From the IMG/VR virus record IMGVR_UViG_3300045988_147821, positions 1 to 64,000 of that record: 64,000 nt of DNA; one strand, written 5' to 3'. Positions 38,210 through 46,290 of the stretch are shown here, piece after piece (position 1 is the first letter of the stretch; every line of letters begins with the position of its first letter). Under the pieces are notes generated by a model, which saw only the letters and a program-made list of their open reading frames with translations, did not search any database and was not told the origin of the DNA. Made by a program: the position numbers and the translations under genes. Origin of the DNA: a virus.

Positions 38210-38829
38210 TCCTCCCCTTTATATTCTGACTTGTTTCCTGTCAACACCCGTGCACTCTCCATATCCAATGCACGCAAGAAAGTATCTTCCATGACATAGG
38301 AGAATCCCGGCTCACATTCCACTTCATATATAGTAGATGTTACGGGAATACGGGTAACATTCATATTGTGCCGTCTGTAATAAATGATATTTGAACCGTA
38401 TGACATGGAATTTTCCGGCCCGATATCAGGCAAGCAATAATTCCCTTCAAGAACTTCACTCACTTTCTTTGTTATGAACGGCATCCATACCACATCATTA
38501 GGATTGTCGGGTATTTCCTTGCACATGATAAGAGTATCAGGGTGCATCAAGGGGAAACACGTTTTCTTTCCGACATAGTTCTTAAATTCCAATCGAAGCA
38601 AATCCCCCTCATATTCGATAGGGGTAACGCTTACGATGGTTCCATCGCAAAACTTCATGGAATTTCGGTCAAACAGCAAAGTAACAGGAGAGCCTTGCAC
38701 TGTTCTAAATGTCTTGTCACCTGTCATAATTCGTTTGTTTTCCTGTAACTCATTAAGAACTTTTGGGCTTTTAATCCCAAGAACATTCTCGTAGACACAC
38801 TTTATTCTTTGTCCTGAATCCAAAAACAT
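38206..38829 (-). CDS. free-standing degenerate Hint-like protein (207 aa)
   Basis: M-FLDSGQRI (block A-like with Met at the Cys1 position), IEYEGDLLRLEF..GKKTCFPLMHPDTLIM (pre-block-B/TxxH-like), IYEVECEPGFSYVMEDTFL (block F-like). No terminal HN. Confidence 0.5.
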   Translation of the reverse strand: MFLDSGQRIKCVYENVLGIKSPKVLNELQENKRIMTGDKTFRTVQGSPVTLLFDRNSMKFCDGTIVSVTPIEYEGDLLRLEFKNYVGKKTCFPLMHPDTLIMCKEIPDNPNDVVWMPFITKKVSEVLEGNYCLPDIGPENSMSYGSNIIYYRRHNMNVTRIPVTSTIYEVECEPGFSYVMEDTFLRALDMESARVLTGNKSEYKGEE

Positions 38830-38847
38830 GATTATAGGTTTTAATTG

Positions 38848-40890
38848 TTAAACATCAAATTCCTTAGTTCCAACCTTGATATGAATTTTGGATTTTCGTC
38901 TTACCTTTCTTTTCTCTTCTTTCATAGGAGAAGTGACGAACATCCTTAATTTTTCATCCCATTCATCAAACATCGGGTTGTAGTATTGGAGCGAGCAACG
39001 GCAATTACCTGATACACATACCTTATTGTTTCTACGAATAATTAACGTATGATTTCTTTCCAATTCAACATCATATATATATCCCTCATATTCTATGACA
39101 TTTTCCTGTATTCTTCTTTTAAGATTGTACTTATTTTTTAATACATTTATCCATAAAATATCATTCTTAGATATATATACCTTTCCCCTTTTTACATCAT
39201 TATAATACCGTTTACCTGTATTTTTAAAAGAAGGTCTTTCTCCGGTTTTTAAAATCAATTCACCCAAATCATCAGCCAATCTTTTACTAGTTGTTATATA
39301 ATGAACTTGTGGCTTAAATTGATACCCTTTCCACACTTTTCCTTTATGAATAGTACCATCTCCAAGTCTAAATGCTTCTAAAAATAAAGAAATGTTTTCC
39401 GAAGTTGTTTGCTTTATAAAATCAGGAACATATCTTACATCTTGCTTTCCTAAATTATAGAAAAACAAAAGTAATTCAGGTTTACTGCAAGCAGAAATAG
39501 TGATTCTATCTTTATCATTTCTAGCCTTTTCCCCAAACAAAGAAGAAGAACATAACCACATCTTTTCCTTAACCTCTTGCTTTAATTGAATCAATTGGAT
39601 TAATTTTCTATCTTCAACCAATGTTCCATCTGAAAGCCAATAGCCCAAAAATTCACAAAACAACTTAAAATCATACTTTATTCCATCAAACTCAATATAC
39701 TCTAAATCAGTTCCTTTCCATTTAGGTATAGTAACTAAAAAGGTAAAATCTTTAGGAAGATCGCTTTCCTTTACTAACAATATATTTCTACCCCTTCCTT
39801 TATTATACTTATTTGTACCAACATGTACATGATTAGGGGTTGTACAAAGGTTATAATCTCTACTAACTCTTTCTATCATAATACCTTTATATTGTTGGTT
39901 TATATACTTAATTGCTTGCACATATTCACCTTCACCAGAACTAGGATTAACTGACAAAAATAATTCATCACCCTTTAAGTCTTTAAAAAACATAAACCCT
40001 TTGTCAGTAAGAACCTCTGTTTTATCATCATAACAGAAAGGGTGCGTAGCCTGGACAGTAGGAAGCCATTCTCTCTGCCTTCTCCCTACGTTGGTCCCAT
40101 TGGCAAGCAATTCTTTCAGTTTGAAAATTTTGGGCCTTGAACCAAGTCCATTTGTAGTAAAGAAACGTATGCAATATGAGCATGCACCATTGAACACTGT
40201 CTTATATACAAGGGCATCCTCACCATGCAAGTCAAGAATACTAAGTGCAGTTCCTTCCTCAAAGATATTCTGCATCTCTGTTTCCATGATACGAAGCCAG
40301 TCCTTTTCCCATATCTGCGTTCTATGACCTATGTCACTTACAATCTGTTTTATAGTCTGTTTTTTATTGAATACAGCACCATTCATAACAGCTTCCTGAA
40401 TCACCCTGCGTTCAGCTTCTGCCTGTGCATTGTCATATTGGGATGCAACCTCTCCAAGAATAGCTTCTGCCACATCCTTTTTCATCTTATCTCCAAGACC
40501 TTTGAGATAGGTATATGTTTTTGTAGCCGCCACACCAAGCCGCATTTGATCTGTAAGCGTCAATTGGGAAACCTGTTCGGATGATACGAATTTATAAAAG
40601 TCAGCATATCCTAATGATGCAGTCTGTCTTGGTTCAAGAACTCCGGCAAGTCTACCGAAAATCATGGCCTGCTGATATGGTGGGATTCGCTTCATCTCCT
40701 TTTCAAAATCAAAGTTGAACTCTTTAAGGAGTTTCTTGTCTGATTCCGAAATAAACTGTTTCCCCAACACTTTTACGATAAGACGAACAAGACGATAGTC
40801 TATTATTCTGAATATCCTCTTGATTACTCCGTCCTGTTCATAAAAAGGTGGATAAAACCTCAAATCCTTATCTATCCTGTTTTCTGCCAT
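38848..40890 (-). CDS. MuF / SPP1 gp7-type head morphogenesis protein interrupted by an intein (680 aa precursor; 336-aa spliced product)
   Basis: Joining the exteins restores ..GACSYCIRFF...WLPTVQATHPF|CRCSLQYYNP, the MuF H-P-x-C-R-C signature. Position directly after the portal. Confidence 0.8.
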   Translation of the reverse strand: MAENRIDKDLRFYPPFYEQDGVIKRIFRIIDYRLVRLIVKVLGKQFISESDKKLLKEFNFDFEKEMKRIPPYQQAMIFGRLAGVLEPRQTASLGYADFYKFVSSEQVSQLTLTDQMRLGVAATKTYTYLKGLGDKMKKDVAEAILGEVASQYDNAQAEAERRVIQEAVMNGAVFNKKQTIKQIVSDIGHRTQIWEKDWLRIMETEMQNIFEEGTALSILDLHGEDALVYKTVFNGACSYCIRFFTTNGLGSRPKIFKLKELLANGTNVGRRQREWLPTVQATHPFCYDDKTEVLTDKGFMFFKDLKGDELFLSVNPSSGEGEYVQAIKYINQQYKGIMIERVSRDYNLCTTPNHVHVGTNKYNKGRGRNILLVKESDLPKDFTFLVTIPKWKGTDLEYIEFDGIKYDFKLFCEFLGYWLSDGTLVEDRKLIQLIQLKQEVKEKMWLCSSSLFGEKARNDKDRITISACSKPELLLFFYNLGKQDVRYVPDFIKQTTSENISLFLEAFRLGDGTIHKGKVWKGYQFKPQVHYITTSKRLADDLGELILKTGERPSFKNTGKRYYNDVKRGKVYISKNDILWINVLKNKYNLKRRIQENVIEYEGYIYDVELERNHTLIIRRNNKVCVSGNCRCSLQYYNPMFDEWDEKLRMFVTSPMKEEKRKVRRKSKIHIKVGTKEFDV
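39004..40035 (-). mobile_element. LAGLIDADG-type intein (344 aa)
   Basis: Cys1 (TGT, 40033-40035) in CYDDKTEVLTDKGF. Block B is TTPNH. Two LAGLIDADG motifs (FLGYWLSDGT, LFLEAFRLGDGT). Block F is IYDVELERNHTLI. Terminal ..VSGN (Asn 39004-39006) followed by +1 Cys (39001-39003). Confidence 0.85.
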
Positions 40891-41080
40891 AATCTATCAG
40901 TTCTTCCGTTATCTGCTTTATCATGTTAGAAATTTCATCCTTATAGATGTCGTTGGCCTCACTCTCATATACATCCTGAACCTTTGGGAAAGGAGGTTGC
41001 TCCTTTGTCCGGGATTTATAGAATATCTTCCCATCAGGAGCAATCTTTTTAATGAATTGAAGTCCTTTTTGCATTATCAT
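40868..41080 (-). CDS. hypothetical protein (70 aa)
   Basis: ATG ORF between portal and MuF, overlapping both (4 nt and 23 nt). Confidence 0.5.
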   Translation of the reverse strand: MIMQKGLQFIKKIAPDGKIFYKSRTKEQPPFPKVQDVYESEANDIYKDEISNMIKQITEELIDYGRKQDR

Positions 41081-42810
41081 TCACCTCCAAACATCTTGTT
41101 GATAACTTCCGTGGCCCTGTCCATGATGGGATTGTCACCATACATGGATTTGTATTTTGCAAATGGATCTTCTTCCTCTGCTGCCACATTGGATGATGGT
41201 TGCTCTTCCTCATTCTCCACACCTTCCACTTCACCTCCGTTCATCTGACCTCCCATGGCAGCAGCGTTATCCTTGTTGATTTTATAATTCATCCATACGG
41301 AATTGAGGATTGTGTCCTTTTCAGGATTGAACGGTCTGCCTGAATATGCTTCAAAAGCATCCTCCAATGAGATCATTCCTGCTTCAAGTTTCTTCTTGTC
41401 GATTTCCACTTTCAATGCTTCATCTTCAAGATCAACGCCTGTAAAAGCAAACTCGAATGATTCATCAAGTTCCGATACAAGATATCTTGTTATGATTTCT
41501 TGTAGGAAGGATAACATGGGTTTAAGACCTTTCTCACGTGAATGCTTTAATCTCTGTCGTTGGCCGTCCTGTCCGAACATCTGTGCGGATTCCTTGAACT
41601 GGAATCCTAGTTCTGAGGGGTCTATACGATAGACAGAACATATCAGCACAATAAGGAATTGGTTCCATAAATTGTACTCCATATCCTTGTTGTTTTTGGT
41701 CAAATCAATCCATTCAACCTGTGATTGTGCCAAAACAGGGATTCTTCCTGCGTTTTGAGGTCCTGCCATCATTTGATACCACATTTGCCTAAACTCGTTC
41801 AAAGTGGTTTGGGAAACATTTTCACCCTTGATATTCAACAGACCTTTGGGGAATACGCCATTCTTGAATGAATTACCATTGGATTGTAAGGACCATAAGA
41901 ACCATGTCACAATCTCATTGAGTGTTTCAAGTTCCGAAACCCCGTATCCGTTACGGTAGACATCGGTTGACTTGTTACGCACCCCGAAACCGAGTTCCCA
42001 CGGGTAATAGACGATTGATTCGCCTGTGACGGGATTTTTGAGAATCTGATTATCCCACACCATACAGTAGCGGGGCAAATATCCCTTAAACCGATATTTC
42101 TCGAACTCCTGCCTGTTCCGTGGGTCAACCGCACCAAGGAAACGTACAAGTGACGCGTCCACCGCCTTGAATCTGTCAAGTTCCCACATCCTGTTTCTTG
42201 TGGTTTCAAACGCAAGCTGGTCAAGTGTCAGCGAATCAAACGAAATCTTTCTTATGAAGTCGGGAAGGGTATCATAGTTATCCCATTTGTCGGTGTTGCC
42301 ACCTCGTTCCAGGAACTCCACGATTTTTTCTACCTTCTTCTTGTCTTTCGATGATAAAGACAAATCTCCCGGATCAAACAAACCTCTTTTCTTTCTGATG
42401 GTATAACCTTCCTTCTGCTCGTCATCGGAGAAGTGCAGGAAGTTCTGTATCTGCTCTATACGTGTGTTTACGATGGCCCTTACAAGATAAATTCCACCCA
42501 TTCTACGTAACGTACTGAATGGAAGAATACCTCTTTGAGCAAGATAATCACGTCCACTATCGTTCCATACCTGCGGATCAAAGAAAACGGATTGAAGTTT
42601 TCCATTATCCGAAGTCTTTGAACCAAGATACAGATTTGCTTTCATCACATCTTCCACATCCCTAGACATCATAGAAGATTGTAATTTTGATTGCAAAAGC
42701 ATGGGAACAGTCTTGCTTAATCTGTCCAGTTCATTGAAATCAAGGGAAGCCAAAGACTTCAACAAGTCAGGCTTCCCATTTTTATATGTATTTTTCCGTT
42801 TTCTACTCAT
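41077..42810 (-). CDS. portal protein (577 aa)
   Basis: Size and position immediately upstream of MuF. The track start 42843 is a TTG that would overlap the upstream gene; the first ATG is at 42810. Confidence 0.6.
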   Translation of the reverse strand: MSRKRKNTYKNGKPDLLKSLASLDFNELDRLSKTVPMLLQSKLQSSMMSRDVEDVMKANLYLGSKTSDNGKLQSVFFDPQVWNDSGRDYLAQRGILPFSTLRRMGGIYLVRAIVNTRIEQIQNFLHFSDDEQKEGYTIRKKRGLFDPGDLSLSSKDKKKVEKIVEFLERGGNTDKWDNYDTLPDFIRKISFDSLTLDQLAFETTRNRMWELDRFKAVDASLVRFLGAVDPRNRQEFEKYRFKGYLPRYCMVWDNQILKNPVTGESIVYYPWELGFGVRNKSTDVYRNGYGVSELETLNEIVTWFLWSLQSNGNSFKNGVFPKGLLNIKGENVSQTTLNEFRQMWYQMMAGPQNAGRIPVLAQSQVEWIDLTKNNKDMEYNLWNQFLIVLICSVYRIDPSELGFQFKESAQMFGQDGQRQRLKHSREKGLKPMLSFLQEIITRYLVSELDESFEFAFTGVDLEDEALKVEIDKKKLEAGMISLEDAFEAYSGRPFNPEKDTILNSVWMNYKINKDNAAAMGGQMNGGEVEGVENEEEQPSSNVAAEEEDPFAKYKSMYGDNPIMDRATEVINKMFGGE

Positions 42811-42823
42811 TTCTGCAAAAATA

Positions 42824-44317
42824 TTATGCCGAAGCTCCAGCAAGTTGATTAAGTGCCACAGTAGCTTCTTTTCCGCCCTCTGTTGCCGTTACCACCGCCG
42901 AACCTGTACGGACTGCGCCTGTATTTGCGGCTGCAACTACCGAATAATCCGTAGAGCCTTTAGTAAATCCCGTGCCGGAAACAACTGTCGTATAAGTTAC
43001 AACAATAGGTGCACCTGAATCCTTTCCGTTCACTTTCTTCTGCTTATTTGAAGTAACGCCAAACACCTTGGTTTCTCCAGCTGCGGCAAATTGAAGTGAA
43101 GTGGGGTCAACTGTAAGTTCATATTCATAAGTTACAGTGGCTGCGGACTGGGTTAAAGTTATTTCGGCAGTCTTTCCACCTTCACTTGCAGTAATGGTAA
43201 CTTTTCCTGTCCGCTGTGATTCGGTTGTATTTTCAGCCGCAACAACTGTTGTATCATTACTACCTTTCGTAAATCCTGCTCCTGAAACAGTAGTCGTGTA
43301 ACCTACATTAACAGGAGAACCTGAATTTTTACCATTTACCTTCTTCTGCTTTTCGGAAACCACATTAAATGACTTGGATTCACCCTTTGCAACGAAAGCA
43401 ATACTTGTGGGCGTAGGAAGCAAAGAATATTCGTATGTAATGACGGATGCTGCCTGTGTAAGATCCACTGTCACACTCTTACCACCTTCATCCATAGTAA
43501 TGGTTGCAGTTCCCTTTCTCTGCGTATTACCTGGATTTTCAGTCACCTTAATGTTGAATCCATCGGAAATGGCTTCATGGGAGAATCCTGCTCCGGCAAG
43601 TTCTATATCCGTACCTATCTTTGTAGGAGCCCCTGACGGTTTTCCATTTACCACAGTCTGTTTGGTTGAAGTAACGGTCACTTTCTTTGTTTCTCCCGTA
43701 TTCACAAATAAAAGTGTCTTTGGATCTACCACCAAATTGTAAGTATAGGTTACAGTGGATGCAGCTTGCGTAAGGTCAATAGTAATCTTCTTATTGCTCT
43801 CATGCTGTGTTACGGTCAAAACCCCGTTTCTTATGGAATTGGTAGGATTTTCAGGAATTGTCACCGTTCCACCTTCACTTACTGCATAAGGAAGTTGTGT
43901 TTCAAAGTCAACTTCCAACGGTGTTTGTACACCTGTCGGCTTTCCGTTTACATAAAGTTGCTTATAGGAAGTAACAACAGCCTCTATGCTGTCACCTTCC
44001 TTGGGAAACGCCATTGTCTTATCTTGCGGAATAAGAAAATAACGCATCTCTTCAACTATATCAACAAGAATCTGTTCCTTTCCTCCCAACTCTTCTGGAT
44101 AAGCTATAAGTTGCAGTGCATGGTTTGTGGCCCATTGTTTGAATACTCCGATATTATAGGTCAGTCCGGCACGTATCACAACACCCATACCCTCATAATA
44201 TTCCCTGTCACCTATGACATTTTCAGTCACAAAAACATTCATTTGGCTGTCTATGCCATCAGTAATGACCGTTAAACGGTGACTTTCATCTCTATTTATA
44301 AACAACAGCCGTAACAT
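42824..44317 (-). CDS. protein with four tandem BACON/Ig-like repeats (497 aa)
   Basis: ~95-aa repeats ending ..TVDLTQ / ..ITLTQ / ..VALNQ, with an L-x-(V/P)-x-P-x-(T/S)-(L/I)-x-F...G(E/T)-(T/S)-K-x-(F/V)-x-V-x-S...(E/A)N-(P/T)...R-(K/T)-G-x-(A/V)-x-(I/V)-T pattern typical of BACON domains. The N-terminal ~90 aa is shared with the two upstream paralogs. Confidence 0.65.
   Translation of the reverse strand: MLRLLFINRDESHRLTVITDGIDSQMNVFVTENVIGDREYYEGMGVVIRAGLTYNIGVFKQWATNHALQLIAYPEELGGKEQILVDIVEEMRYFLIPQDKTMAFPKEGDSIEAVVTSYKQLYVNGKPTGVQTPLEVDFETQLPYAVSEGGTVTIPENPTNSIRNGVLTVTQHESNKKITIDLTQAASTVTYTYNLVVDPKTLLFVNTGETKKVTVTSTKQTVVNGKPSGAPTKIGTDIELAGAGFSHEAISDGFNIKVTENPGNTQRKGTATITMDEGGKSVTVDLTQAASVITYEYSLLPTPTSIAFVAKGESKSFNVVSEKQKKVNGKNSGSPVNVGYTTTVSGAGFTKGSNDTTVVAAENTTESQRTGKVTITASEGGKTAEITLTQSAATVTYEYELTVDPTSLQFAAAGETKVFGVTSNKQKKVNGKDSGAPIVVTYTTVVSGTGFTKGSTDYSVVAAANTGAVRTGSAVVTATEGGKEATVALNQLAGASA
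42827..43975 (-). repeat. four tandem ~95-aa BACON-like repeats (protein level)
   Basis: See the parent CDS. Repeat units are clearly alignable by eye. Confidence 0.6.
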
Positions 44318-44319
44318 AA

Positions 44320-44901
44320 TTAATCTGCTTTAGCGGTGAACTCAAACTTCTGAATGCCGCCCTCTGCCATAATAACCACATTCAAATCCTCTTTGTCTAC
44401 AAGACCCATATCTTCCATTGTCAGAACAACAGGAACACGACTAAGGATATTTGTCACAAGACCTTTGCGATCACCACGGATAACACCCCATCTTCCGGCA
44501 GATTCATTCAGTGTTACGGTATTAGGGAAATAAATTTCAACTTCTTTTTTGATAGGAAGCTGTGTTCTTACGGTGATAACACATTCATCATCCCCATTCC
44601 ATTCCACATTTGCAGATACGATTTCATTCTGTCCTTGCGGATTCAGTTCAAGGATAAGAGCGTTGTTTTCCGCAAATGCAACAAGTTCCTGGTGCATTAC
44701 AGGTTGACCGACAACCCAGTTGAATCCCAATGCCTGCATATTGTCGCTTCCTTCAATTTCATCCGCAGTGGCATCAACATTTCCACGGCTTACAATACCA
44801 CGTATCTCGGTAATGAAAATGCGTTCCTGATCACAACTACCATCGGTAACAACAGTAACGTCAATCTTCTTATCTGTGTCAATAAATCTATATAATCTCA
44901 T
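44320..44901 (-). CDS. paralog-family protein B (193 aa)
   Basis: N-terminus MRLYRFIDTDKKIDVTVVTDGSCDQERIFITE aligns with the N-termini of 44960..45604 and 42824..44317. Confidence 0.6.
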   Translation of the reverse strand: MRLYRFIDTDKKIDVTVVTDGSCDQERIFITEIRGIVSRGNVDATADEIEGSDNMQALGFNWVVGQPVMHQELVAFAENNALILELNPQGQNEIVSANVEWNGDDECVITVRTQLPIKKEVEIYFPNTVTLNESAGRWGVIRGDRKGLVTNILSRVPVVLTMEDMGLVDKEDLNVVIMAEGGIQKFEFTAKAD

Positions 44902-44933
44902 AATATCAAAGTTTTAATAATCTATCTTTGTTT

Positions 44934-44941
44934 CAAAAATA
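44934..44941 (-). promoter_or_regulatory. Bacteroides-type -7 box TATTTTTG
   Basis: Exact TAnnTTTG on minus, 32 nt upstream of ATG 44901. Confidence 0.45.
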
Positions 44942-44959
44942 CGCTTTTCATGCGACAAA

Positions 44960-45604
44960 TCAAAACAGAGGTGACGGATTCACAGGAAGCATTACAACAG
45001 TCATTGTAGCAGACTTGTTATAGGGTTCCGGCAGAACTGCATTTATACCGAAGAATGCCTGTCTGCCTATCGGGTCATTGTCCATAAGACACATGACCGT
45101 CCTGTCGCTATCCTTCACCTTAAAAAACTGTTCATGCACATTCACAGAGTTCCCTGACCAACTGTATGAAGTGGCATACGGTATCTTTATAAGTTCCGAT
45201 TTTCCGCCATCGGGAGTAAACAGAAGGTTGCATGTAATAAATAAGGGATGAATTTCTCCCTTGACTTTCAAATACAGTTTTTTCGGCTCTATGCTTACAT
45301 CAAGGACAGAAGTTCCACGTGAAACTATTGTCTTTTCTTCCTTTCCATCAGCACAAACATTTCTTTCATCCTCTTCCGAATAGGATTCAAGAAGTTCCAT
45401 CTCCATCAGCTTGGCAAGAAGTTCCATCTCTTCCATGCTCACACAGCTACCCTTTTTGGGCCACAACCCTTTTTCATTCACAAGAATGTCCGCACCATCC
45501 CCACTGGGGCTTTCTGTAATGTTGAAAACGGATTGCGTGCCCCATCCGTCAGTAGGAATGGTGACACGTATTCCGTTGTTGTCTGTAAATATCAGCGATT
45601 TCAT
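44960..45604 (-). CDS. paralog-family protein A (214 aa)
   Basis: N-terminus MKSLIFTDNNGIRVTIPTDGWGTQSVFNITE shares the x-F-x-D...V-T-x-x-T-D-G...Q..F-x-T-E signature. Confidence 0.6.
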   Translation of the reverse strand: MKSLIFTDNNGIRVTIPTDGWGTQSVFNITESPSGDGADILVNEKGLWPKKGSCVSMEEMELLAKLMEMELLESYSEEDERNVCADGKEEKTIVSRGTSVLDVSIEPKKLYLKVKGEIHPLFITCNLLFTPDGGKSELIKIPYATSYSWSGNSVNVHEQFFKVKDSDRTVMCLMDNDPIGRQAFFGINAVLPEPYNKSATMTVVMLPVNPSPLF

Positions 45605-45627
45605 ATATAGGTTTTAATTTTTGGTTG

Positions 45628-46287
45628 TCAATTCATTATCCCACGTTTCCGGGCTTCCTTTTCAAGTTCAGAACGTCTTAATCCGGAAATATCCTTGTTT
45701 TTCAGGAACACCTTTATCTGTCCGTCACTCATGCGCTTTACGGCAGATATGATACGTTCCTTCAACGTTTTCTTCTGATCACGCCCAGCCGTGTTCAGTT
45801 TAGTCTTTTCAGGACGCTTCTTGTTCTCCGCAACAGGCTTCCACCCGCTTTCCGTTTTTTGATACACACGTCCGTCCGCATATCTCTTTTTGACACCTAC
45901 GGCTTCGGCAACCGATTTTTCCAATGACTGTTTGTCGTTCACGGCAATTCCCACTATGCCACGGAAACGGTTTAAAGGAGTGTCCTTGTACATCTTCACT
46001 GTCATGGATTTATTTACTCCATCCACGGTAGTTTCAACAAATGTACGTTCCTCAACCTGTGTAGGACGGGTGTAATAGAACGATTTCGTAAGATCATCAT
46101 TTACAACCGTCAATTGAGAAAGGGAATCGTACTCCACTTTCGCTGCCGATATTTCAGATAGGGTAAGGTTGCCTGCCGATTTCAATACTTCGGACAGCCA
46201 TCCAAGAACCTTATCGGCTTCAAAAACCTCTATTTCAGAGGATTTAAGGAGTTCATTAAACTCCTGTCTTGTAATGCTAGTTTCCAT
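45628..46287 (-). CDS. hypothetical protein (219 aa), basic C-terminus
   Basis: ATG ORF, 3-nt gap to the holin-like gene. Confidence 0.55.
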   Translation of the reverse strand: METSITRQEFNELLKSSEIEVFEADKVLGWLSEVLKSAGNLTLSEISAAKVEYDSLSQLTVVNDDLTKSFYYTRPTQVEERTFVETTVDGVNKSMTVKMYKDTPLNRFRGIVGIAVNDKQSLEKSVAEAVGVKKRYADGRVYQKTESGWKPVAENKKRPEKTKLNTAGRDQKKTLKERIISAVKRMSDGQIKVFLKNKDISGLRRSELEKEARKRGIMN

Positions 46288-46290
46288 AAA

